The position numbers and the translations under genes are program-made. This document shows positions 36,401-50,078 of a DNA stretch of 64,000 nt, in pieces (position 1 is the stretch's first letter; each line of letters begins with the position of its first letter). This stretch comes from Azolla caroliniana (lineage: Eukaryota > Plantae > Polypodiophyta). The notes beneath the pieces were generated by a model. The model saw nothing but the letters and a program-made list of their open reading frames with translations, did not search any database and was not told the origin of the DNA. The stretch is taken from the NCBI GenBank assembly GCA_043228905.1, contig JBHGNT010000012.1, forward strand, positions 6,572,001 to 6,636,000, in the 5' to 3' direction.

Positions 36401-39400
36401 CGTGCTGACCTATAAACATAGCAAGAAATTAAGACAATGAAAAGCAAGCCATAAATTTTTGGCCCAAAATCCTAAATGTGTACATCAAGCCTTGAGGCTT
36501 GACAATCTTATCATACAGATCCTTTTTAATTTTTTATTTGTTCAGACCCCACTACCAACTTAATGTTCCTAAAAGCCAATTTATTTCCCCTTCCACAACT
36601 TGAAGATCTGACTACAAATTTTCCTTTATGATAAAGTGTAAGATAAGGTTTGCCAAAAGATCTTCTAGTGTTAGCAATGGCTCGATGGTCGCATATTTAT
36701 GAAAAACGTTTACCTAGCAGCTACAGACATATCTTAGCACATGGTTGAGGTGAAGGGAATGAATCATAGTTGTTAAAAAACGCATATCTTATGTTTAGAA
36801 TATGTTTTAGAATATTCTGAAGTATAAACATGTATTCTTCATTTTAGAACTGCTATTTCAAAATGTTCCACGTGTTTAACGTATTTAACAATTATATACA
36901 TTTCCTAAAAATAATAAATAATAAAATTAGGCCAAAAAAACCATTGTTAGATGTGATACAAATATGATACGTAATTTAAGTATTCTATGTATTTAACATA
37001 TTCTAAATATTTTATCTTTAGAATACATATTCTGAGTATTTTAAAAAAGGTAAAATGCTTTTAAAATACTTTGATACATATTCTACACATATTGTCTGCT
37101 ACATACCATTGGGATGAATCAACCATACCATTGCTCAAATGGCACAATTGAAAAAAGGGCATTGGCCGAGGATGTTCAGGGAAATAACAAAACAATTGAG
37201 GAATTTCGGAGAAAACAACATGGATATTTAAGATTTTATCCCTGAGTGTAATCTATTCTGCTAAAGCCCATTGTCATTGGAAGAGAAAGAAATTAAAATT
37301 GTAGGATATAACAGTATTCCATGATCCATACCTTTTGATTGCATCCTCATCATTTACATCTCCAAGAAACTGCACAAGCTCATCGAGCAAAGCTGGTAAA
37401 ACTGCAGAGAATATCTCTCGTGTATCAGAACCAATTTGTGCTTCATAGAACTGAAGTGCAGTCATCAGGTCTTTCCCATCCGCTTTCAACAATAATATTG
37501 AGAGAACTTTATGGCACCATTCCAAAAGAAGCAAAGGTAGTTCTGTCCTTAGATGATTAGACAAAGAATGGAGTATTTTCAGAGCATCATCATTATGTTC
37601 TTGCTGAATAACTAATTTTGGCAGCACAACAGGTACAATCTCTCTGATCACATCTTCAGTATGTAAGCCCAACACTGCATCAGCATAGTTTTGGACAATA
37701 AGTGGTCTGGTTACAAGACGACCACTAAGATATGCAAATAATTCAGGTTGTATTACATCAACCATCAGTTGCACTCTGTTAGGATTCCCTTCCTTAGATT
37801 GAACAGCTAAACACTTCTGTAAAAGGGTGACACTAGTGGATTGCACGGATGCATATTTGCTGTCAAGTTGTTCCAGGAGTAAAACAAACGAGAAAAAGAA
37901 CAATTGCTGATGATCGGAAGCAGTGAGAACAACTGATGCAATAACTTCAAGCAAACTTTCTAAAAGATCGGGATCTTCTGTATGCACTAGAGCATGTTTA
38001 AACTTCCCCAGAACTTGAAGCTCTTTCGTAGACTTATCACTATCTAGTCCATTATCATCATCAAGCAAGCCATCAAGAACATGAGGATGGAAAAAGTGCT
38101 GGATCTGGAGGCAAAAGGTCTTTCTTACAGCTCTATGAGGATGCAATGGTAAAACATCCAAACACTTAAGCAATTCCTGTTTCATTTTATAAATACCCAT
38201 TTGAGATGAATGTGTTAGGATGGAAGAAATGCTCACTATGAATGCAACCTGCACTTTCTGTGATGGTTCATCAAACAGAAGAAACTTAAACAAGGACTGC
38301 CATATATTGACAGGATAATCGTCCCCTAGTCCTAACTGATCTGACACCCAAAGACCACATCCTGGACATAATACACATCTCTCTTGATCTCCAAATGCAG
38401 TGTCTTCTGTTTTATTAATAAAAGCCTGACTTTTTCCCTTGCATGCAATATTGCCCAAAGCCTGGGCAACAGCCTCCCGAACCTGTGAAGATTTATCCAT
38501 GCACATAGTCCTACACCATGAAATGAACACGCTTTATAAGCACAATGCAACAGAATGCATTTATCTGAACGAGCCTATACACATTGGACACCTGAATATT
38601 TCATATAATTCACATCTTCTTTCTCCAGAAAATATAACTGAACTGGATAATAATAGGACCATTTTGCTGCGGATGAAAGCATCTTCATCTTTCAGTGCAT
38701 GAATATATAAATTCTTGAATTCTATTTCATCAATATTTGGTTTAAGTAGGAACAGTAATTTCACAGCACAGCATTTTGCTTTTTGGGTCTCTTCTCCTTC
38801 AGTAGAAAAAACTGTAGACGACAGATATTGCAGTAATTTGAGTAAATCTGGTGAGACATTTAGCCTTTGAAAGTTATTGTCTACATCTGCATCATTCACC
38901 AGAACAAGTAAGCTCATACTGCAACATGCAAAAGACTGTTGACTTAAGTTTTACCTGCACTGAGGAGTTTTTCAACTCCCTCTAAAAACAGTACCAGTTG
39001 AGCCATCGCCAGATTTCTATGTTGTACCTATAATAATTGATAGGCAGTTAAATACTCTAGAAGAACCATCAACTTGCACTCAGCATATAAATATACGGGA
39101 AGAATTTTGAAGTACCATTGAGGTTTTCTTTATTTCACCAAATGCCTCTAAGCTTTTCATGATTTCCCCAAATGTCCTGGCAGAGACTCTCCTATGCAGT
39201 TGTGTTATAGAGCTAGTATATGGTCAATCCATCCAAATTTTCTCAATTATACATACTATATGAGTAATGTAGATTCAGTGTTTGACCACAGGCGTTTAGG
39301 GAAAGAATGAAAACTCAGGGCATTTTGGTAAAATTTTGGATGTTTCAGAGTTTTTCCCAGGTTATAAAGGTGGTGAATTAAAACCTTCCCATTCATCCAC

Positions 39401-42400
39401 GGAATCCAAAACTCCAGCAGCTTGATAAGACCTCCATAATATATACTGCATGGATGGCAAGAGAATACACTGGCAAGCACTTTAAAGGCAGACAACATGC
39501 CATCCAAGTTATTCTTACTTGATCCACAGTCATCTGGTTTTAATGTATCAATAATGTACAACATCTGTTGGTGTAAAAGAGCTGCACAACATCTTTTTTG
39601 CTCTTCAATTTCAGAAATAGAACTGAAATCCAGACCGATGTCAGGTCTGTTTGCGCAGACCAAAGGCCTATATACATCATGACTATAAAGTTCTTCAAAA
39701 ATGATCTCCCCTGATCCACATGTTTCAGTTGCTTCCAACTTTTGACGCTTCACAGTTATATCCAAACTACATACTGATCTTCTTTTCCTGTTCACCAGTT
39801 CAAATTTTTCAATTGCCTGCTGATCTTTGGCTAAAATAATCTGAGTCTTATCACCTTTCACACCAGTGCAAACTGATTCTATGATTTTTGAGTTCAGTTT
39901 TATAAGGTCTAGTGTGTTAATAACATAGTCCAGACATTTGGAAATGTGCAAGCAAATTTCTGGAACAAAGAGGAGTCGAAGAAACTTATCAATTCCCCAA
40001 ATCAGTGGTGGACAGTGCTTCAAAATCATCTCGAATGATAAACACAATGCGATCTGAAACAAGAATAACACAGCATTAATCAATTAATGCAAGGTTCTGC
40101 ATTCTGGGAATTTTCTGCAAGGTCCAATGGCAGAGAAAGAAAGTAAGAAAGATATATTAACGTCTTCTAAGACCATATTTGGCCATAACTCGATCACTTG
40201 AACCCCAAATACCCAACTTACTTTAAGCTCTGGACTATCCATATTCAGTACAGCTTCTGGGAGAAGTGCCAGGATATGGTGGGCAGTTGATTCAATTGCT
40301 TCTCTATGCACCGATGTAAATAAGGCAGAAAAGCATGAAGCTAAAGCCATGTCGTATGAAACATCCCTGTACGAAAAATATTTGACATCAAGCATCAAAG
40401 TAAAGCCTACCATAGCAAGAGAAACCTAAAGCTTTCAGTCAAAATGACCAACCTAAATGCCTTTGATACATTTTTCTCAGAAAGGATGGTACTCATAGTG
40501 AGAGTAAGCTTCTCAATTGGTATCATTTCAACATCTACAATCGGGATCACTCTATGTAAGAGCTCAAAACAAGTCTGCAACAACATGGTCTCATTTAGTC
40601 CCTTCTATTAATTCTAATTTCAGCTTACAAGAACTCTCAATCATAGATGGATATACTGTATATAGCACAATCAAATCAACCTTTTGCAAGGAGCTATCCC
40701 CAAAGCAAATCAAGTTTCCAATGGAAGCTATAAATGATGGCGTAATTAGGCCTTCCACGTGCAGCATTCCCTCAGATAGGATCCTCATCAATAATTTCAT
40801 TGTCCACTCAGCAAGAGGCTGCCAACGAGCATTCCCAGTTACATCCAAAAGTAGACCTGGACCATCTTTTGCTCTCCAATATGATGGAAGCTCGCAAAAG
40901 GATTGTTTTGAATCAGAATCGAGCTGAGCATACACTTCACAGAAGCATTTGATGCAAAGCTGAGACCTTTGCTTGGAAGAGATTGATGGCACACAAACTG
41001 ATGCTACATAAACCAAATCTGAAATTAAAGAAAACATTAGCAGGACCGATGCAACACAAAAGATATTTAACTGGATAACTGACAACACCTCAGCTTAAAA
41101 TAATGAATTGTATTTAATACAATGTTCAATAGTACTAAGTCTCTCAGGTTCATGTTGACATGAAAAGGGGGACGTTAAATAAGTAGTTGAACATCACATT
41201 GGAAGTGGTTGCTCTACACTACACTTTCCATCACAAAACTTAGGCAAACACCACTTTTCATCATTTATCTAAGCATTACCTTGGATGTTCTAATTTCCTT
41301 TAAGATGAGCAGATATTCTATCCCTATATCTTCAGCCTCTAACTCTAATCACTATTCTCTGGTCTGAAAAAGGTCCTCATTTCCAGATCTTTGGACTCCA
41401 TCTATTGCCACTTTAAAAACATGCATACCCTTGACATTTTCCCTCAAGCTTAGCCCATGTCGTACAATACTCATGGCAAAAACAAATGTGGGACAATCTG
41501 CTTACACCTCAGGCTTCATGTTTTTGCAGAAGCTGGCATGGACTACTGACGAAGGATCCAATGCTATAAATTCAGAATCATGCAGGAAAGAATTCTGATG
41601 TTGCTAAGCATTTGCTTTGAACATTAGCCAAAGGCTGGCAAACTTTTAATCATGTCTTACACATACATCTCCTGCAAAGAGCAAACTCATGACATCCAGC
41701 ATCGATAAATAATCTACTATCTCAAGTTGGGGTGAATTCTTCTTAATCTAACTCCATCTGAACTTACCGATTTGACTCTATTCTGTCTATTTCACAAACT
41801 GGTCACTTTTAGAGTCAAATTTAAAGAGACTTGACGTGCACATGTTCAAGTGTAATCCCAATAATAGAAAATTGCAAAATAGTGACACCCAAACGAACAA
41901 AACATGTTGGGGCACCTGCAAGGAATTGAAGGGATGCACCAAACCACATTCTCATCACTTGCCATTTAATGGGAGAAAGCAATCGCCCTGTTGGGTTCTT
42001 GCTTTGAATCCCAAAAAGCTTCATCACTTTAGGGTTCTAAGAGTATTTTTAGACAAGGGGAAAAAACCTCCTGAAGAGGGAAAATATGCCCATGTAGTCC
42101 TAAGTGTGTTCACACACATCATTGTCCTAAGTGTGTTCACACATTACTGTCCTAAATGTGTTCACACACATCACTATCCTAAGTGTGTTCACACATCACT
42201 GTCCTAAGTGTGTTCACACACATCACTACCAAAATATGTCAACAAATCCCCCTTAGGAGTGATGCGGTGAACAAGGAGCTGACACTCATGGTTAAACAAG
42301 TGCCAAGCTATGTGGATAGAGATGAATCCACAAATGGGATTAGGCCTAAAGCTTTGCGGAAAGCTTCAAACCTCTCCCTATGCAGAGCCTTTGTGAAGAG

Positions 42401-45400
42401 GTCTGCAATGTTCTCCTGCATGGGCACATAAGCCAAACTGATCTCTCCAATGGAGAACCTTTCCCTGACATAGTGATATGCACCTCAATGTGCTTAGTGC
42501 GAGCATGGAACACAGGGTTCCTCGCAACTGCCATTGCGCTTTGACTGTCAGTGAAGATGGTGGTGGCAGAAGACTAACCAACACCCAAATCAGCTAAAAG
42601 GCATCTGAGCAACACACACTCAACTGTAGCTGTGAAAGCTGCCCTATACTCAGCCTCACAACTAGAAGTGGCCACAGTAGGCTGCTTCTTGCTCAACCAA
42701 GATATCCATGAGCTACCAAGCATGAAGCAAAAACCACTTGTGAACACACAAGTGTCATAACAACCAGCCCAAAATCAGAGTCAGAAAAAGCATGCAGGTC
42801 TGGCGGTAGTGATCCCCCCTTGGGATAAAACAACCCAAGTGACCGGGTACCACTCAAGTAGCGAAAGTTGCGCTTAACTGCCTGCCAATGCTTAACTCCT
42901 GGGCAATGCATAAACCTGCTCATCTGAGAGACAGCAAACTGAATGTCAGGTCGGGTTATGCATAAGTAAATCAAGCATCCAACTGCTTGCTGATAGAGAA
43001 CAGCATCAAATGCATCTCCAGCATCATGAAGGCTCAAACATAAACCTGTCTCCATGGGAGTGGCAATAGGTTTACAGTCTTCAAGGCCAAAACGCTGCAA
43101 TAATGTGTCAATGTATTTCGATTGACACAAAGCTATTCCACCATCAACTTGCATAAATTGAATGCCCAAATAATGATGCAAATGCCCCAAATCTGACATC
43201 TCAAAAGAGGCATGCAAATCAGCCTTAAAGTCAGCAATATCCTTCTCATTGGGACCAGTGAGCAACATATCATCAACATACACAACCATGATCAGAAATA
43301 CATCATCAGCATGCTTAACATATAAGGTGCTTTCAGTTGGACTATTCTCAAACCCAAATGCAATCAAATAGGCATGTATCTTTTCATACCAAGAATGTGG
43401 TGCTTGCTTCAAGCCATATAATGCCTTTCGCAACCTGCACACTTTGTGTTCATGCCCTTTTTGCACAAAACCACGGGGCTGGGATACATACATTCCAACC
43501 ACGATGAGCTGCAATTGCACAGATGCTACAAACAGTAGTCATACGGCAGGTGGGAGCAAAGGTCTCATCAAAATCAATGCCTTTTTCTTGGGCATAACCT
43601 TTCGCAACAAGCCTAGCCTTATACCTGTCAATTGTTCCATCAAGTTTACACTTTAGCTTATATACCCACTTAGTGCCAATAGCCTTCTTGCCAGGAGGCA
43701 AGTCACATAAAGACCATGTACCAGTCTTCATAATAGCCTCATATTCTCTGAATTTTGTGCTTCATCAAAAGAAACAGGCTCACTCTCATTGCAAAGACTA
43801 GAGGCAGCCATTGCGTAACAATCTGATGCAAAAGAAGCACTATGATAACTTGAACGAGTACGGTATGGCAAAGGAAAATCGAATTTACTGTCTTGCAAAG
43901 TCTACAACAGCCATCTAGGCACAGTCTTTGCCTCCTCTATATCAGCCCTCTTAGTAATAAGTGCATCATGTAAGTCTGCATCAGAAATGGAATGATCTGC
44001 ATCATTATGAGTAGCTTCCAAAGGCTGACTGAGAAGGTGCCTCAAGTGGGTCAACACTTAATTGTCCACTAGTAAACTGAGGCAACAAAGTGTCATACAC
44101 ATCTTTGGAGCTAACTGATGTCTCCTTCGTACATGAAAGAAGTGGCTGAATTGCATCCTCCACAAAAACAACATCACGGCTAACCAAAATGCATTTAGAT
44201 TGTGGATGATATAGACGATAGCCTTTACTTTCAGAACTATTTCCTACAAAAATACATTTCACTGCTTTATCATCCAGTTTTTTGCGTTGTTGTTTAGGCA
44301 CTAATGCATATGCCAAACAACCAAAAACACGTAGAGGAGCAACAGATGGCTTTTGGCCATGCCAAGCTTCATATGGAGTGATAGAGTGCAGTGCTTTAGT
44401 GGGACACCTGTTAAGTACATATGTTGCACACATGACAGCCTCAAGCCAGAAATTATGTGGTAAGGCCTAACTTTTGACCATACACCTCGCCATTTCCATG
44501 AGTGACCTGTTCTTTCTTTCAGCAACTCCATTTTGTTGAGCTGTATACGACATTGTACACTGATGTTTTATCCCACGTTCAGCCAGAAATGCATTAAACT
44601 CAGAAGACATATACTCCCCCCCACGATCAGAACAAAGGGTGCCCATTTTACATGATGACAAATTCTCCGCCAAAGCTAGAAATTGTTTGAAGCACAGAAA
44701 CACTACGGACTTTGCGTTCAATGGATATACCCATGCATGCCTAGAAGAGTCATCAATGAAAGTCACAAAATAAAGATAGTTCCCAAGAGAATGTGTCTAC
44801 ATAGGACCACAAACATTGCTATGAACAAGCTGCAATTTCTGCGTAGCTAGAACTGAACCATCTTTTGGAATGGATGAATGGTGCATTTTGCCCAAAATGC
44901 AGCCTTCACAAACATGCTTCCGAGGTGCCTCAAGTTTGGCCAAGGAGGACACCATTTCAGATTTCTGCAGGCGAAGCAAACTTGCAAAAATAAGATGACC
45001 GAAGTGTGCATGCCAAATCTTTGCACCTGAAATAGCCTGCGAATCCTGTATATTGCACAGGCTGAATCATTTATAGATCGTTCATAATCTACGAGATTAT
45101 ACAGCCCACGACATAAAACGCCAGAAGCAATAATAACATCCCCATTGGACAGATCATGAAATGTAAACCTATCATCAACAAATTTAACAACCAAGCCAAC
45201 CTTGGCTAATGCTGAAATTGACAACAATTTTTTCTTGATCCCTGGCACAAACAAAGCATCTGACAAGATGAAAGGACTACCATCAGCAGTAGTCAAAATG
45301 ATCTTACCAACACCCATAACTGGATAAGATGAGTTGTTGGCGCATGTGACAGTATTCCCTTTAGGGGCAGGCTCCAATGAAGTGAAGAAATTGTGTTGCA

Positions 45401-48400
45401 AGGTAATATGTTTGGTTGCCCCACTGTCAAAGTACCAAACATCTGATTGTGCAACAAACATACATTGTTCAAGTGAAGATGGGTCAAAACTACAAACAGT
45501 AGTAAATGCGCATTCTTCATTCTGCACAAGATTTACAGACTCTATTTTTGGTGCAAAAACTTCTGCAACAACGAATCCTGCTTTTTTTTTTCTTTGCCTC
45601 TTTTGCAGCCAATTTTGGACAGTTCTTTATAATATGATCAATTCCTTTACAATATTTGCAAAATAGTTTTTGTTTCTATTCTTGTTTTTTTTCATTCACT
45701 TGTGAATTATTAGCAAATCTTTGCTTGCTAGCAAAAGAGTTCCATTTACCTTTGCCTTTCTGACTAGCTAGGAAAGCTTGATCTGCAACACGCATAATAG
45801 ACCTGTTTTGCCTAGACTGATCTTCCTGTAACAAAACAGAGACTAGCTCCTCGAATGATAAGGCATTGGGATTGCCTTTCATCATTAAACAAAGAGTAAA
45901 AGTAAAACTCTAATATGAATCAGTAATACCATTTAGAATGGTCTACAAAAGTGAACTATCTGGTATCATTTCATCAACAGAAATTAATTGTTCCTTGAAA
46001 TCTTTGATTTTTGTAAGAAAACCGTCCATAGAATCCCCTTCATTCATGTGCTCGCTCTGCAATTTTTTTCGGAGATAAGCAAAGGGAGCTGAGACTAGCA
46101 GTTGAAGAAGGGAAGCCGACGATCAAGGAAGGAGCGGGTGGAAAGCATCGAGCAGAAGAGAAAATATATATAGCGAGCAACGAACACAGGGGGATCTTAG
46201 AAGACTAAGCCGAGGAATAGACTAATAGAGAGTGTGTGAGTGTTTACCGATTATACTCGGTACTTGTATGCTACACGTAGTGAACATACATATATGCTTT
46301 GTGGGTAACCTTCGTGTCTATCTCATTCCTATTCATATCTCTCTATATAACGTTCGGTCTGTGTACGGATGAATATACGAATTAGTTGTAGCCGATTCCG
46401 AAGTGTGTCAATCTCATTCTCTATAAGCGATCCGATCCACGCTCATTAGTACGTCGTGACCTTGAGTCCCTTATGCACCACGATTTCTTGACCCAATTAC
46501 TCAGGAGGAGTAATCGAAGGTGTTCTCCGGGAGGGAGTAACAAGAAGAAGAAAACTTGTTGCATACAAATCGATCAACATGAACACTCAGATGTGAAGCG
46601 CCCTTCCCACCGAGAAACTCGACAAAAACAACTTCGCATCTTGGGAATACAAGATGCACCAATACCTTGTCGGCCAAGGCTATTGGAGTTACATCAAAGG
46701 AGCACAAGAAAATCAACCCAACCCGGCACATGCCTACCACCCAGCTGGGAGCAAGCGGCGAGTCACATGATGTATTGCCTTGCATCATGCGTTTATGATC
46801 GTATGCTCGGCTACATCCGAGAGGCCAAAATGCCAAAAGAGGCGTGGGGAAACCTCAAAAAGATATTCGCGGCCAACACAACTACATGAAACCTTCAACT
46901 TCACCAAGAGTTGAACGGCATACAAGAGAGGGATATGTCAATCGACAGCTACACCTTGAAGATTAAGGAGCTATGCAACAATGAAATGGTGTAGATATGC
47001 CTTGGTGGCCTCACCTCAGTTCAGCGCGATAAGGTCAGTCGTCCTCGCAAGGGAGAATCCTCCCTCATTCTTTGATCTCCAATCAATGCTACTGGTTGAA
47101 GAAAATCACGTCCGAACGAGGAGCAATGTGCAAGGACACATGCTCTATTCGAACTCAGATGGAGGAAAGGGGCAAGGTCGTGGAAGACGAGGCCGATTCG
47201 GCCAAGGCTGACACAACCAAGAACAACCCCGAGAACACAACTTCTACTACTGGCAAGACATTTCAACTCACGAGGCGGAGCATCTGGAAGAAGGGGGAGC
47301 AATCATGCTGGACCCAACCGACAAAACAACTCCGTCTAGTGCGGATACTGTGGCAAATTCGGCCATCACGAGGCAAAGTGTCGAAAGAAGAAGAGTGAGT
47401 TGGCTTTCACACGCCTACAACTTACTAACTACACCTCAAATTCCAACTACGACGATCGTGGCAGAATGTTCATGATGTGGTATAGGGCAAATTTGGTGAC
47501 AACATCGTGTCCGACAAGCACCTCCAACTCAGAAAATATATGGTTTGTCGACTCGGGTGCATCCAATCACATGACATCTCATGAAGATTGGTTTCGAGAG
47601 CTACGAAAGCCCGAACGACCCGGCTATGTGAAAACTAGGGATGACACAATTCACCCCATTTAGCATGTCGGTAACATCCCATTCGGCGAAGAGGGCAAAA
47701 AACCTACATCAAGAATGTCTTGCATGTTCCAACAATAACGAAGAACCTAGTCTTGATCGGCCAGATTGTGGAACAGGGCATGCAAGTTCGGTTCAATGGT
47801 GGAAGATGCTTCATCGAAAAGGAAAGCCGAATTATCGATCGTGGACGAAGAGAAGGCCGAATGTTCATCCTCGATTCTCATGAGATGAAATAGGCAATGT
47901 TTGCCAAGGGCCATAAAGTCGACATGGACATAGAGCTATGGCACAAAAGAATCGGCCACATTAATCTCCTGAAGCTCAAAGGTATGCAGTCAAAAGGAGT
48001 CGTCATCAAACTCCCGACCTTTACTAAGAAGGAAATTACAAGTGTATGCGAAGCCTAACAGTTCGGCAAACAAAATCGTTAACCGGTCCAGAAAGAGAGG
48101 AACATGATCAAAGGGATCCTGGATGTAATACATTCAGATGTATGGGGATCAACCCAAACGGCAACACTCGGTGGTTGTTGGTACTATGTGACATTCATCG
48201 ACGACTTCTCTAGGCACACCTGGATCTACCCTATGCGACAAAAAAGCGAAGTGTTCAGACACTTCCAAAAATTTAAAAATGAGGTCGAAAAAGTCACAAA
48301 TCGGCACGTCCGATGCCTTCAATTTGATGGGGGTAAAGAGTACTTCTCAGTTGAATTCACAGCTTATCTCCGAAAGGAAGGAATTCAACGAGAATTCTCA

Positions 48401-49952
48401 TGCCGACACACACCTTAGCAGAACGGAGTAGCCGCACGAAAGAACCGGCATATACTCCAAGTGACACGAGCAATGATGAATGAGAAAAAATTGTTGAAAT
48501 CATATTGGGCTGAAGCGGCGAACACGGCCGTCTATCTAATGAGTTAGTGCACAACATCCGGAGTGCACGATGTCATCCCCCACGAGAAGTTCTATGGAAA
48601 GAAGCCGAACCTATCCCACAGTAAGATATTCAGCTCGGTCGCGTTTGTACATATTCCCGACGAGAAGCGGCAAAAGTTTGATCCTAAGTCGGAGAAATGC
48701 ATCCTCGTGGGGTACTCGCGTGAACAGAATGGGTATAAATGTTTCAACCCTGCTACCAAGAAGGTACGAGTTAGTAGGGATGTCGTATTCGACAAATCGG
48801 CATCCTAGTACACAGTCAGCCCAGCTCCACCCAATCCAATCAAAACCAATTTCGATATAGACTTGGAGGAGGATCGACTAAGGCTCCCGTCAAAGGAGAG
48901 TCCAATCTCAACTAGATTGAGCGGACCTCAAGAGCCTCCGAGCGACCAAAGCACATCGCGACGGAGTCCAAAGATGGACAAAGGAAAGGCCAAAATGCCT
49001 GAGTACGAAGATTGAGATAGAAACGAATCGAATCACTCACCAAGAAGTGAGTACAGTGGATTGGATGTTCCTAACATTAGGACACTAGGAGCTGAGAAAG
49101 TGTTCACGAAGACAAGTGAACCACCCGAGAAAAGAACATAGTTAGCCGATTCGGCTACAAAGACTACATGGCATACCACTATGCCTTTATGATGAAGGTG
49201 GCAACAATTCGGGAACCGGAAAGCTTTTCCGAAGCCGTTAAGAACCGCGATGGGTTGAAGCGATGAATGAGGAGATGCAAGCACTCTCCAAAAACGAGAC
49301 ATGGGATCTCGTCCCCTCCTCACCTCACCAAAAGGCAATCGATGTTGGTGGATATTCAAGGTGAAGCACAATGCCAACATCACCGTCAATCGGTATAAGG
49401 TCCGGCTTGTGGCAAAACGGTATGAGCAGACACACAGGGTCGATTATGAAGAGACCTTTGCCCCAGTGGCAAAGATGACAACAATTCGAACCGTGATCAT
49501 GCTTGCGGCAGCCAAATGGTGGCACCTCCACCAAATGGACGTGAAGAACACCTTTCTCCAAGGCGAGTTCGAAGAGGTGTACATGGTACAACCACCCGGA
49601 TTGAAGTCGAGCATGCATCCGACTGTTGTCTGCCGACTCAAAAAACCTCTCTACGATCTCAAGCAAGCATCTAGAGCATGGCATTCGAAGATAACTCACT
49701 ATCTTCACCAAATCGGCTTCAAAATGTCCAAGTCCGGTAATTCATTGTTTCACTCCAGAGTAGGGATCGGCAACGGCTCGGCTCAAGCCTAAACCGTTTG
49801 GCTTAGCCGGCTTAACGACTTAGCGGCTCGGCTCGGTTTAGGCTTGAACTTGCCTTAATGGTTTGAGCTCGGCTCACCTTGGCTTGAGCCTCGCCAAACC
49901 GGCTCAAGCCAGCTAAGCCGTTTAAGCCGTTTATAAACTTTAGAGAGAGGGG

Positions 49953-49985
<33 letters not shown>

Positions 49986-50042
49986 TGAGGGAGACTAAAC
50001 AGACGATGGGAGAGAGAGTGAGGGAGGGAGAACTACACAGAC

Positions 50043-50078
<36 letters not shown>

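Noticed and set aside
33663-36415. + strand ORFs up to 202 aa
   Set aside because: Antisense shadows of the long ATR exon 11.
38918-38954. 36-nt ATR intron using the first AG
   Set aside because: It is too short and out of phase. The acceptor at 38887 gives a 68-nt intron that keeps the frame.
41410-41505. RING-like peptide HICFCHEYCTTWAKLEGKC on the - strand in ATR intron 3
   Set aside because: Cys/His spacing is incomplete, it is bounded by stops, and the ATR frame closes without it. At best an unrecognisable relic.
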